Origin: Spirochaetota bacterium
GTDB lineage: Bacteria > Spirochaetota > Brachyspiria > Brachyspirales > JACRPF01
Direction: 5' to 3'
NCBI GenBank assembly: GCA_016214035.1
Contig: JACRPF010000020.1
Span: 68,800-132,799, forward strand
DNA length: 64,000 nt
Position numbers and translations under genes: made by a program. Positions 48,321 to 57,356 of this stretch are shown in pieces. The notes under the pieces are model-generated. The model did not search any database and was not told where the DNA came from. It saw nothing but the letters and a program-made list of their open reading frames with translations. How positions within the stretch are numbered: the first letter of the stretch is position 1; every line of letters starts with the position of its first letter.

Positions 48321-49727
48321 TCATTCCAGCGGCAGTATACTGTCGATAAGTACAACGGCAAACTGGTGCTCGTGATCCGGGAATTTCGGTTTGTATTTCT
48401 GCGGGTCGTCGGCGAAGCGTCCCTTATCCCATTCCGCGGCGATGAGCTTCTTGGTCTCGCGCAGCAGCGTATTGAACGCAGCCTTCCCGGCTCCGTCTGA
48501 AGACTTATTGAGCACATGATAACCGCTCACAAGATACGCGCACTTTGCGGCGAGCAGCATTGCCTCGTAGATATCCGCATTCTTTTTCGGCTGATACCAT
48601 GACGCGATATCGAGAAGCTCCTTCGCGTTGGAGAATACCGCCGCAAGCGCTTTCACATCGTCCTTGCCGGTAAGCGGCTTGTTATCGACCGCGCCTTTCG
48701 CCGCACGATGATCGATGACGAGTGACGGATAAAGTATCAGAACTGTCGCGAGCGTGTCGTTGAGATCGCTTCCGAATACCGTTTCCGCGAACCGCGCGTG
48801 GAATTTTTTATCGTTTATCTTTCCTTTCCCCTTGTATACCTCGGCGCTGTACGCAATGCCGTAATACAATGCCGATTGAATATACCGGAACGGGCACCAT
48901 ATCGTTGTGATGAGACCGAGCGCATTGTGTTTGAACGCGAACGACGCCATCTTCTGTGTATTCTCAAGCGCGATGTCGTTCGGCAGAAAGCGGTACTCCC
49001 AGCAGGCTATCGACGGAGCCGTGATTATTTTTTTAAACCCGGCGCCCGCAAGTTTCGCGTGAACGTCGTCTTTCACCGTGCGATGATAGCGCCAATCGAT
49101 GAGTATAACATCCTTTCTGATAAGCTTTGCGATCTTTTTATCTTTTGTCGGGTGATCCGCCCACATCATCGGCGTTTTCTTCGCACCTTTCACCATGCCG
49201 ATAATCGTATTCACATACTCCGCCCATGTTGCCGATTCATCAAGCCCGCTGTTCGCTTTGCAATACTCCTTCAGATCGACTTCGTCACATCCTATATGAA
49301 GAAAGTCGCTTGAAAAGACCTTCGCCGTGGCGGCGATAAGCTTTTTCATCACCGCTAATGTCTCTTTGTTCTTCGGATCGACGGCATTGAACGTAAGCTC
49401 TTTCGTCTTCTTTCCCGCATACAGATGTTTGTATTCCTTGCGGTCGGTGAGATAGCGCGTATGCCCGAATGTCTCAAGTTCCGGGATGATATCTATCTTC
49501 TTTTTCGCCGCATAGGCGACAAGCGCTTTCATGTCCTTCGCGGTGAACGCATGCGGTTCGGCGACGGTCTCAAACCCGGGAAGCGCCACGGACATTCCGG
49601 TATCGTCGGTAAAATGCCAGAGGAGCGTGTTCATCCCCCACTCCGCCATGAAATCGATGAGGCGCCGGTAGTAATCGTGCTGCTCGATAATCCGTGTGCA
49701 GTCTATCATGATGCCGTTGATACGCAT
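48321..49727 (-). CDS. GH20-like beta-N-acetylhexosaminidase
   Basis: MRINGIMIDCTR..LLWHFTDD..ETFGHTRY..HIGCDEVD. Start moved to ATG 49727, preceded by AAGGA 8 nt upstream, because the track ATG at 49760 overlaps the -10 box. Confidence 0.85.
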   Translation of the reverse strand: MRINGIMIDCTRIIEQHDYYRRLIDFMAEWGMNTLLWHFTDDTGMSVALPGFETVAEPHAFTAKDMKALVAYAAKKKIDIIPELETFGHTRYLTDRKEYKHLYAGKKTKELTFNAVDPKNKETLAVMKKLIAATAKVFSSDFLHIGCDEVDLKEYCKANSGLDESATWAEYVNTIIGMVKGAKKTPMMWADHPTKDKKIAKLIRKDVILIDWRYHRTVKDDVHAKLAGAGFKKIITAPSIACWEYRFLPNDIALENTQKMASFAFKHNALGLITTIWCPFRYIQSALYYGIAYSAEVYKGKGKINDKKFHARFAETVFGSDLNDTLATVLILYPSLVIDHRAAKGAVDNKPLTGKDDVKALAAVFSNAKELLDIASWYQPKKNADIYEAMLLAAKCAYLVSGYHVLNKSSDGAGKAAFNTLLRETKKLIAAEWDKGRFADDPQKYKPKFPDHEHQFAVVLIDSILPLE

Positions 49728-49758
49728 GCGGTAAATCCTTGCGGTCAGAGTGTGGGGC

Positions 49759-49786
49759 ATTATATCCGTTTGGCGGGTATCGTCAA
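49759..49786 (-). promoter_or_regulatory. Sigma70-type promoter TTGACG-N16-TATAAT for the GH20 gene
   Basis: -35 is the reverse complement of 49781-49786. The perfect -10 is the reverse complement of 49759-49764. Confidence 0.6.
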
Positions 49787-49789
49787 TCG

Positions 49790-50075
49790 GCGACGCCGGA
49801 GGCGGAGGACGCGCGTTATTGCTGGGGAAAAATGTATTTCCTTGCGCCGCGCGCGACTCAGCCGTCCGTCCGTGGACGGATTCGTCGCATACGCGCCATC
49901 GTGGCGCTGTCTATTACAATTAGAATTATCTGGATGTTATATCACCATGAATTGTTGCATTTAATGCGCGGCGCGAGGAAACACATTTTTCCCTTCGCAT
50001 ATCACGCGGTGAAAAAATGAATAGTGATAGTGGTAAAAGATGTAGTTGCTATACAAACGCTCGAACGCCGTTGTG
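49790..50075 (-). repeat. Structured intergenic element, copy 2 (candidate ncRNA or structured repeat family)
   Basis: The reverse complement aligns with 11574-11862. Long helix arms at 49977-49993 and 49824-49841 plus a 9-bp GC extension. Hairpins at 49893-49907 and 49862-49879. Strand assignment is tentative. Confidence 0.8.
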
Positions 50076-50477
50076 TTTCGGGATGTGCGGGATGATGTTA
50101 TTTCGCCGCACATCATTACATAAAGTATACTACAGCTTTTGCAGCATCTGATTATACAGGATTACATACGCCGCCTGTACGAACTGCACAACATTCATTT
50201 CCTTCCCGCTTAGACAGGCTCAGCACTAGTTTTGGACTTACGAGCGGATCACTTGCCATATCTTTAGTATCATACCTGCCAATTCTTTCCGCACTTGCGC
50301 TTCACATCGGTGGCGGCTCTGACGCTCGTGCGTTTACCTTCGGCTTTCTTCAAATCCTATCTTGCAGTGCACACCCTTGCCGTTTAGCCAATGTTCTCCT
50401 TACCGAATTCATTTGAGACTTTGGTCGGTGAGCTTGCCGGACCATCACGTGTAAGTGAATGCGCCCTTGTCGGTCGC

Positions 50478-50521
50478 ACCAAATAGTAAGGACTGATGGC
50501 GACCAATATCGCCATCAGTCC
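50478..50521 (-). terminator. Likely terminator of the che-like operon
   Basis: Perfect 13-bp stem GGACUGAUGGCGA / UCGCCAUCAGUCC (50490-50521) with a 6-nt loop, followed in sense by UUACUAUUUGG. Lies about 80 nt after the cheW stop. Confidence 0.5.
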
Positions 50522-50600
50522 CAAGCACGCATCAACACGTCATATTTTTTTTTGCAGACTCACCTTCTTTTGTTCGATTATTGCGTGCATTCCTCCAATT

Positions 50601-51122
50601 TTATACCGCCATTTCGCCCGCGGTTATGTCATTCACTGAAACTTCTTTCACATATTCAAGCTCTTTTTTCGAAAACACCTTGCTCGAGTCGAGAATAATA
50701 ATAAAATCATCCCCTTTTTTTCCAATGTTGTCGATGAACTCACCGCTTACATTCATCCCCACTTTCGGCGGCACCTCTATTTGCGATGAATCGAGGCGGA
50801 TCACCTCCTTGACCGCATCCACCAAGGCACCGATAATGATGATTTCGCCATCAAATTCCGTTTCAACGATAATGATAGCCGTATCAACAGTATGACTATT
50901 GCCGTTCATCTCGAATTTCAACCGCAAATCTATTACAGGAACCACACCACCGCGAAGATTTATCACTCCGGTCATGAACGACGGCGTCTTCGGCACCTTG
51001 GTGATGCGCGTCACTTCAAGCACCTCTTTCACCTTGAGAACCTCAAACGCGAACAACTCCCTATCGAGAATGAACGTAAGATATTGTTTCGATTCAAGCG
51101 TTGCCTTAGATTTTGTTTCCAT
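50601..51122 (-). CDS. cheW: Chemotaxis coupling protein CheW
   Basis: QYLTFILDRELFAFEVLKVKEV..VINLRGGVVPVIDLR. Confidence 0.9.
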   Translation of the reverse strand: METKSKATLESKQYLTFILDRELFAFEVLKVKEVLEVTRITKVPKTPSFMTGVINLRGGVVPVIDLRLKFEMNGNSHTVDTAIIIVETEFDGEIIIIGALVDAVKEVIRLDSSQIEVPPKVGMNVSGEFIDNIGKKGDDFIIILDSSKVFSKKELEYVKEVSVNDITAGEMAV

Positions 51123-51138
51123 AGTCCATCACTCCCGC

Positions 51139-52764
51139 TTAATACTTTTTAAATTCGCCATCCTCATTGTCGCCCGCGTTTGACATCTCATATTCAAATC
51201 CTTTTTTCTTGGCTTTTGCGGCAGTCTCAGCCGTTGCGGCCATGTGCTTGGCAGTTTCATCATGGCCATTGGGAGAATGTGCCGACACGGGATGCTTCTC
51301 GTGAGCACCGGTGCCTCCGTGCATATTCAGGTGAGACACATGTGCCGTGGGATGAACCGCTTTTTTTGACTTTGCCGTATAGGTATTCTGAACCGAGATG
51401 CTGCGATCTCCCGTTTTCAGAAAGTTGATCGCCTCCTGCATTTGGACGACCTGAGCAGACAATTCTTCGGCTGTTGCCGCAAGTTCTTCGGAACTGGATG
51501 CATTCTGCTGAACCACCGTGTTGAGCTGCTGCACCGCATTATTAATCTGCTGCGCGCCGTTATTCTGCTCGTTGCTTGCCGCGCTGATCTCGGCAACCAG
51601 CTCCGCGGTTTTCTGGATATCCGGCACGAGTTTACCGAGCATCTCTCCGGCTTTGGTGGCAACTTCAACGCTTGATTTCGACAACTCGCTGATTTCAGCC
51701 GCCGCATTCTGGCTTCGTTCGGCGAGTTTCTGAACTTCGCTCGCCACAACAGCGAATCCCTTGCCGTGTTCGCCCGCACGGGCAGCTTCGATAGACGCAT
51801 TCAACGACAATAGATTCGTCTGACGCGCGATCTCCTGAATGATCGACGTTTTATCCGCTATCTGCTTCATCGCATGAACGGTCTGTTTAACCGCTTCACC
51901 GCCCTCTTTGGCATCCGTTGCGCTCTTCGATGCTATTTTCTCCGTCTGACTCGCGTTATCGGCATTCTGACGTATGGTCGCGGTCATCTCCTCAATCGAC
52001 GAGGACACCTCTTCAACACTCGCGGCCTGTTCGCTTGCTCCCTGTGAAAGCTCCTCCGAAGATGATGATACCTGCTCCGTTCCTGCGCTTACGTTATTCG
52101 ACCCCGACTCAACGACATTGACAACTTTGAGAATCGATTGCACGAGAAAAAGTCCTATAACAATTGCAAGTATAACGCCGAAAATCAGCGTCACGACCAT
52201 TGTCGTCATCGACATATTCGCAAGTTTCGTATTCTCATCCGATGTCGCTTTTGCGAGCGCCGATTTCGTATCCGTCATCGCATCAAGCCATTTCTGCTCA
52301 TTAAATGCGGCGTCTTTCATCGGCCCATCAACGATCTTCCTGGCCTCCGCATCTTTACCCGCCTTTGCAAGCGTTATAAGCTCTTCGAGATACGTCCCGT
52401 AAACATCCCTGGATTTTTTGAACTCGGAAAACTCCTGCCGTCCCTTTTCCGTCAGCAGTGTTTTTTCATAGCTGTCTGAATTTTCTTTGATTTTGTCACG
52501 AAGTTTCGCGATGACATCCGCTATTTTCTGAATATCCGTTGCGTTCTCCGCATCAACCATATCTCTCACATTAATGCGAACACGTTGAAACGATACAGCG
52601 ATATCCATAAGTTGTCCGATTGGAACGGTTACTTTTTCATACAACCGCTTATCAGATTCTTCTATTGACTTTATTTGAGTCATGCCGAAAACACCTATGA
52701 CAGCAGCTACGGCTGCAACACCTAAAAAACCCATGATTAGTTTTGCGCGAATTCCTAACTTCAT
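51139..52764 (-). CDS. Methyl-accepting chemotaxis protein (4-helix-bundle sensor, HAMP, MA domain, His-rich tail)
   Basis: Start set at ATG 52764, preceded by AAGGAG 7 nt upstream. Signalling hairpin [37 protein letters not shown]. Confidence 0.9.
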   Translation of the reverse strand: MKLGIRAKLIMGFLGVAAVAAVIGVFGMTQIKSIEESDKRLYEKVTVPIGQLMDIAVSFQRVRINVRDMVDAENATDIQKIADVIAKLRDKIKENSDSYEKTLLTEKGRQEFSEFKKSRDVYGTYLEELITLAKAGKDAEARKIVDGPMKDAAFNEQKWLDAMTDTKSALAKATSDENTKLANMSMTTMVVTLIFGVILAIVIGLFLVQSILKVVNVVESGSNNVSAGTEQVSSSSEELSQGASEQAASVEEVSSSIEEMTATIRQNADNASQTEKIASKSATDAKEGGEAVKQTVHAMKQIADKTSIIQEIARQTNLLSLNASIEAARAGEHGKGFAVVASEVQKLAERSQNAAAEISELSKSSVEVATKAGEMLGKLVPDIQKTAELVAEISAASNEQNNGAQQINNAVQQLNTVVQQNASSSEELAATAEELSAQVVQMQEAINFLKTGDRSISVQNTYTAKSKKAVHPTAHVSHLNMHGGTGAHEKHPVSAHSPNGHDETAKHMAATAETAAKAKKKGFEYEMSNAGDNEDGEFKKY

Positions 52765-52832
52765 TTCAACACTCCTTATGTTTTTTCCGAATATAGTCAA
52801 TCGCCTCAACGGCTACGAAAACGATTGTGATT

Positions 52833-54944
52833 TTATTGTTGTGCAACCTCCTCGCGCGCAGATTCATTCATCACTATTTCATTCTTAATTATCGTGTTCG
52901 CGTCAAGAATGAGCGCCACCGTGCCGTCGCCGAGAATAGTGGCGCCCGCGACCTCTTCGATACCGCGGAACGTGCTCCCGAGCGATTTGATCACCGTCTG
53001 ATGCTGCCCGAGCACGTCGTCCACCACAAGCCCCACGCGCCGGTCACCCAACTTCGTCACCACCATCCGTTCGATGACGGGTACGTTCCCGCTAATGTTG
53101 AAATTCTTTCTGAGCCGCACATAGGGGATTATCTCGCCGCGTATATTCACCACGTCGCTGCCGTGCCCGGTGTTCACGATGTCCTCTGTGAGATCGACAC
53201 ATTCGTCGACGTTTGAGAGATTGAGCACGAAGTAATCACCGCCGATGCGCGCGAGCAGTCCCTCAACGATGGCAAGTGTAAGCGGGATCTTCAATGTGAA
53301 CGTGGTCCCCTGTCCCGCCGCCGACTGTATCTCCACGGTCCCGCGAAGTTTTTCAACGTTATTTTTCACCACATCCATTCCCACACCGCGACCCGACACG
53401 CTTGTCGCCTTATCAACGGTTGAGAAACCGGGCAGGAATATCATCTGTTCTATTTCATGCGCCGGAAGCTCGGCATTTTCTTTCACGAGTCCGCGCTCTA
53501 TCGCCTTTTTCAGTATGCGCGAACGATTGAGTCCGCCGCCGTCGTCTGAAACGGTGATGAGCACATGCGCCCCCGCATGCGAGGCGGAAAGTGTAATTAT
53601 ACCCTTCGCGTTTTTCCCGTTCGCCTGTCGTTCTTCGGGGGATTCGATGCCGTGGTCGGCGGCGTTCCGTATGATGTGCAACAGCGGGTCTTTCAACGCC
53701 TCGATAATGTTTTTATCAAGTTCCGTCTCGGCGCCATGCGTCATGAGGTCGATGTCCTTGCCGAGGTCATTTGAAAGGTCGCGCACCAGACGGGAAAAAC
53801 CTTTGAACATCTCGTCAACGGGTATCATGCGAAGCGCCATCGACGTATCGCGAAGCTCGTCGGTGAGTCGCGTGAGCATCTCGGTGAGCATGCGTCCGTC
53901 GCCGAGACGTTTCGCCCCCGAAAGCTGATTGAACCGCGCGGTGAGTGTGACGAGTTCGCCCACCAGATTCACAAGCTTGTCGAGTTTTTCGCTTTTCACG
54001 CGTATGCTCGATTTCGCAACGTCGTCACGCCGCTTCGAGCGTTCGGAGCGCACCACGTTCTGTTCGGCCAGCGCCGCAGCCACCTGCGCCTCGCTCACAT
54101 AGCCTTTCTCCACCGCTATCTCGCCGATCATCTTCCGCGAGCGGATGATGTCGGCCAGGTCTTCCTCACTGATATCACCGCGCTCAACGAGTATATCGCC
54201 GATGCGTTTGTACTCCTCTGTTGCCGATACCGCGCTTCCCGTATCGATGACCTCGATTGAAACATCGCTTACGTCCTCGACAAATATGAAAACATCGCGT
54301 ATTGCATTTTTGTCTTTATCGGAGCATAGCGTGATGGCCCACGAGCTGTAACACAGCTCAGCATCAATCTCATCGAGCGGGGCCACGTGCTGCAAAGCTA
54401 TGATTACGCAATCGCCCATGCGTTTGATCTCGCTGAAGAGCGGCTCAATCTTCACCCCGCGAAGGAAGATATCCCTGTGCGGCTTGAAGATAATGCGATA
54501 CGTATTTCTGAATCTTGCCTCCGAATCTCGTTCACCGGTGACTTCCGATGTTTTTTTTGATTCCGGAAAAATAAGCCCTGTTGTTTCACGCATCCGGCAT
54601 TTCAGTGCAGCCGTTCCGCTGAGCGGGACCGACTGTTCATCGCCGAGTATTGCTTTGAGATGATCGGCTGCGGCAAGCGTAAGATCTATTATCTCTTTTG
54701 TCACGGCAATACTGCCTTTCCGGATATAATCGAAAAGCGTCTCGAACTCATGCGCGAATTCTGATGCGCGGCTGAAACCGAACATGGCACCCGACCCTTT
54801 AATCGTATGCATGCCGCGAAAAATGGTATTGATAATCTCCGTATCGGACGGAGTCCGTTCGAGCTCGATGAGCGACTGCTCGATACGCTCGATGACTTCA
54901 AACGCCTCGTCGCGAAAGGCCTCGCTGAACCTGCTTACATCCAT
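52833..54944 (-). CDS. cheA: Chemotaxis histidine kinase CheA
   Basis: Hpt FRGMHTIKGSGAMFGF, HATPase LLHIIRNAADHGIE..DDGGGL..GRGVGMDVV and a C-terminal CheW-like domain. Start set at ATG 54944 (MDVSRFSEAF). Confidence 0.9.
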   Translation of the reverse strand: MDVSRFSEAFRDEAFEVIERIEQSLIELERTPSDTEIINTIFRGMHTIKGSGAMFGFSRASEFAHEFETLFDYIRKGSIAVTKEIIDLTLAAADHLKAILGDEQSVPLSGTAALKCRMRETTGLIFPESKKTSEVTGERDSEARFRNTYRIIFKPHRDIFLRGVKIEPLFSEIKRMGDCVIIALQHVAPLDEIDAELCYSSWAITLCSDKDKNAIRDVFIFVEDVSDVSIEVIDTGSAVSATEEYKRIGDILVERGDISEEDLADIIRSRKMIGEIAVEKGYVSEAQVAAALAEQNVVRSERSKRRDDVAKSSIRVKSEKLDKLVNLVGELVTLTARFNQLSGAKRLGDGRMLTEMLTRLTDELRDTSMALRMIPVDEMFKGFSRLVRDLSNDLGKDIDLMTHGAETELDKNIIEALKDPLLHIIRNAADHGIESPEERQANGKNAKGIITLSASHAGAHVLITVSDDGGGLNRSRILKKAIERGLVKENAELPAHEIEQMIFLPGFSTVDKATSVSGRGVGMDVVKNNVEKLRGTVEIQSAAGQGTTFTLKIPLTLAIVEGLLARIGGDYFVLNLSNVDECVDLTEDIVNTGHGSDVVNIRGEIIPYVRLRKNFNISGNVPVIERMVVTKLGDRRVGLVVDDVLGQHQTVIKSLGSTFRGIEEVAGATILGDGTVALILDANTIIKNEIVMNESAREEVAQQ

Positions 54945-54976
54945 ATGCCGGCTTCCTTTTTTTCCGTATGACCGAA

Positions 54977-55330
54977 TTACACACTGAATATATCGTGCAT
55001 GATGCAGTTGCACCCGCCGTTGACACTGCAGCGCCTATGGGCGAAAAAACCCGAGTGTTTTGCGGCATCGACCACCGCGGGTGATGCACGATTACTGCAG
55101 AACGAGATGTTGCGCTTTCGTTTCAAAAGAAGCATATGCGCTGCGCTTATTATCTGCATGAAGGAAATATCCGCCACGTCAATATCGTTCAGATCAAGAA
55201 CGATATCCCGATCTTCGTTCATCGCCGATATAAGTCTCTGTTGTATTTCCTTCGCATGATCGATGGTTGCATCGCCCTTTATGCGGGCGATGAGCACGTC
55301 GTCCTGCCGTTCTGTTTCAATGGCAAACAC
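54977..55330 (-). CDS. STAS-domain protein with a Cys-rich C-terminal tail
   Basis: GTG start preceded by AAGGAGG. STAS-like DIVLDLNDIDVADISFMQIISAAH. Tail is FCSNR..RRCSVNGGCNCIMH. Confidence 0.7.
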   Translation of the reverse strand: MFAIETERQDDVLIARIKGDATIDHAKEIQQRLISAMNEDRDIVLDLNDIDVADISFMQIISAAHMLLLKRKRNISFCSNRASPAVVDAAKHSGFFAHRRCSVNGGCNCIMHDIFSV

Positions 55331-55517
55331 ATACTCCTCCTTTTTTACTAGTTATTCTCAAATCGTACATTTACACTAATTACTGTCGCTCTCGCGGTGC
55401 ATCCTGCACCGCTTGCGCTAGCGTAGCGCGGGTGCTCACAACACTGTGCGCATCCATGCGCGGGTCCATTCGTGAATACTAATGTTCTTTTCTTATTCGT
55501 CATATAATAGTCCCGCG

Positions 55518-55883
55518 CTATCCTACAACTTTCTTCACCGTCTCTTTCAGCTTATCCGGAGTGAATGGTTTCACTATCCATGCTGTGGCGCCTGCGGCCT
55601 TGCCCTCGTCCTGTTTTCCCTGCTCCGACTCCGTGGTCAGTACGATGATGGGCAGAAACTTGCTTCTATCGTCCTTGCGGATATTCTTGATAAGCTCGAT
55701 TCCGTTCATCCCCGGCATGTTTATGTCGGTTATGACAAGTTTCATCGATGAACCCGAAAGCTTCGTAAGCGCCGACGTACCCGAATCAGCTTCAACAACT
55801 TCATACCCGTCCTCTGCCAGGGTGAAATGCACCATCTGCCGCATCGACGGAGAATCATCCACGATCAGTACCTGTACACCCAA
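55518..55883 (-). CDS. cheY: CheY-like single-domain response regulator
   Basis: VLIVDDSPSMR..VITDINMPGMNG..PIIVLTTE..KPF. Confidence 0.9.
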   Translation of the reverse strand: MGVQVLIVDDSPSMRQMVHFTLAEDGYEVVEADSGTSALTKLSGSSMKLVITDINMPGMNGIELIKNIRKDDRSKFLPIIVLTTESEQGKQDEGKAAGATAWIVKPFTPDKLKETVKKVVG

Positions 55884-55887
55884 AGTG

Positions 55888-57162
55888 CTACCCTCCTATT
55901 GATGCTGCGTCACGCGCAGCGATTGTTTTTTGCAGAATATCTTTTTCTTCTTTCATCGTGTAGAATCCCGAAAGATAGTGTACAACATCTCCTGACGTAC
56001 CGTCCCCGTCTCCGCCCATGGCATCAGCGATGACCTTCAGTTCGGCGCCGAAATCGTTGAGGGGACTTATGACGTGTTCAACGCGCTGACGGATGATATC
56101 GTGCGCCTGCATGGATACCACGATGGCGTTCGTATCCACGGCCAGTGCCTCGGTGTCCTTCTTCAGTGTTTCAAGCTCGTGCTTCACGTCCTCAATGGTA
56201 TTGTTGATTGTCGCCAGCGTCGAGTCGAACGCCATTTCCGCGTTGGCGGTATGCTTGTTGATTGCGACCGCACCCTCTTCAATCTCGGAGTGCATGCTTC
56301 GCGCGGCGCTCATCACTTCTTCAAGAATGACGCTAATCTCCTTTGCGGCGTTCTCGCTCAGGCGCGAGAGTTTCCTCACCTCATGCGCCACCACCGCAAA
56401 ACCCCTGCCGCTTTCACCGGCCCGCGCGGCTTCGATGGCCGCGTTGATGGCAAGCACATTCGTCCGGTCCGCTATGCCACCGATGCTGTTGATGATCTCG
56501 CCGATGCTCTTCGCCTGCTCGATGATGCGTCCGATGCCGTCGAGGTTTTTCTTCGTTATACCCGTGGTGGCCCGGAAATTCTCCATAAGACCGCGCATGA
56601 CGTCCTTGGTGACGTCGAGTACGGTACCGCCCGCGGTAAGTCCGTTACCCGAAAGCGTGCCGAAAACGGCCGCCGTTTTTTCCGACTGGTGCCGTGCCTT
56701 GGCGTTGATATCGAGAAAACTTTTTGAAAGATCAACGGCCGTTGTCTCAATCTGTTCGCGGACAGCGGTGAGCTGATTTACGAGCACACCGATGCCTTTG
56801 GTGCGGTCGTTGAGCATGCCCGCCACCGGACTTATAATAGCCGCTAATTCTTCCAGTTTACAATCGCGCTGCTTTATTTCATTGCGCAGTACTCCGATCA
56901 CGGCTTCAGTTTCCCGGGCATGTACCGCAACGGCACGTGCCACCCGTGCATCTGCGGCAGCCGTAAGCTTTTTCCGTTCATCCTCAAATGCCGCATACTG
57001 CGCTTCAAGCTGTGCGCGTTTTCCTGCAACATCCAGAATCGGGATGAGCGTCATCACCACGGCCGCGAGCGTAAGAAAAAGCCGCAGCGGCAACAACGGA
57101 ATGAATGCCGAGAACAAGGCAAGCATCACTATAATCGCGTATCGAACATACCATTGCCTCAT
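55888..57162 (-). CDS. MCP-signalling-domain protein with two N-terminal TM helices
   Basis: [37 protein letters not shown]. No recognisable periplasmic sensor. Confidence 0.85.
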   Translation of the reverse strand: MRQWYVRYAIIVMLALFSAFIPLLPLRLFLTLAAVVMTLIPILDVAGKRAQLEAQYAAFEDERKKLTAAADARVARAVAVHARETEAVIGVLRNEIKQRDCKLEELAAIISPVAGMLNDRTKGIGVLVNQLTAVREQIETTAVDLSKSFLDINAKARHQSEKTAAVFGTLSGNGLTAGGTVLDVTKDVMRGLMENFRATTGITKKNLDGIGRIIEQAKSIGEIINSIGGIADRTNVLAINAAIEAARAGESGRGFAVVAHEVRKLSRLSENAAKEISVILEEVMSAARSMHSEIEEGAVAINKHTANAEMAFDSTLATINNTIEDVKHELETLKKDTEALAVDTNAIVVSMQAHDIIRQRVEHVISPLNDFGAELKVIADAMGGDGDGTSGDVVHYLSGFYTMKEEKDILQKTIAARDAASIGG

Positions 57163-57170
57163 CTGCTTAC

Positions 57171-57356
57171 CTATTCTTTATCCGTATTCTGATCAGCGTC
57201 ATTATTTATTTCCGGATTTTCTAAAACGCGCGGGTTATACTTGATGAGCGTTATGAAACAGGCGCTGCACATAAATCGGTGTGTATCGGTATATTGTTCA
57301 ACATTATACAGCCGCATGGTTAGTTTTTTGCAACAGTCACAACGTTTTATTTCCAT
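57171..57356 (-). CDS. Small zinc-ribbon-like protein (C-x2-C-x20-C-x2-C), paralog B
   Basis: 61 aa: [29 protein letters not shown]. Paralogous to the adjacent ORF. GGTAGG lies 8 nt upstream of the ATG. Confidence 0.5.
   Translation of the reverse strand: MEIKRCDCCKKLTMRLYNVEQYTDTHRFMCSACFITLIKYNPRVLENPEINNDADQNTDKE

Noticed and set aside
49758-49760. Track start codons ATG 49760 (GH20 gene) and ATG 7416 (large hydrolase gene).
   Set aside because: Both sit inside good -35/-10 promoter matches. Downstream in-frame ATGs (49727 and 7494) have ribosome-binding sites and sensible N-termini.
50152-50259. A 35-aa minus-strand ORF, MASDPLVSPKLVLSLSKREGNECCAVRTGGVCNPV, which looks like a leader plus Cys-rich core peptide.
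   Set aside because: It has no Shine-Dalgarno sequence and no modification enzymes nearby. There is no counterpart in the region upstream of element copy 1. It could easily be a chance ORF.
50076-50489. I asked whether the unexplained spacer is a known RNA. Candidates were an ORF-less group II intron (it contains GTGCGAC), RNase P RNA, tmRNA, SRP RNA, or a c-di-GMP, cobalamin or fluoride riboswitch.
   Set aside because: I could not find the defining conserved blocks. It lacks a domain V-like hairpin with the AGC triad, GAGGAAAGUCC, a tRNA-like 3' end, a tag reading frame and a B12 box. The GTGCG match is too short to mean anything. A covariance-model scan is still needed.
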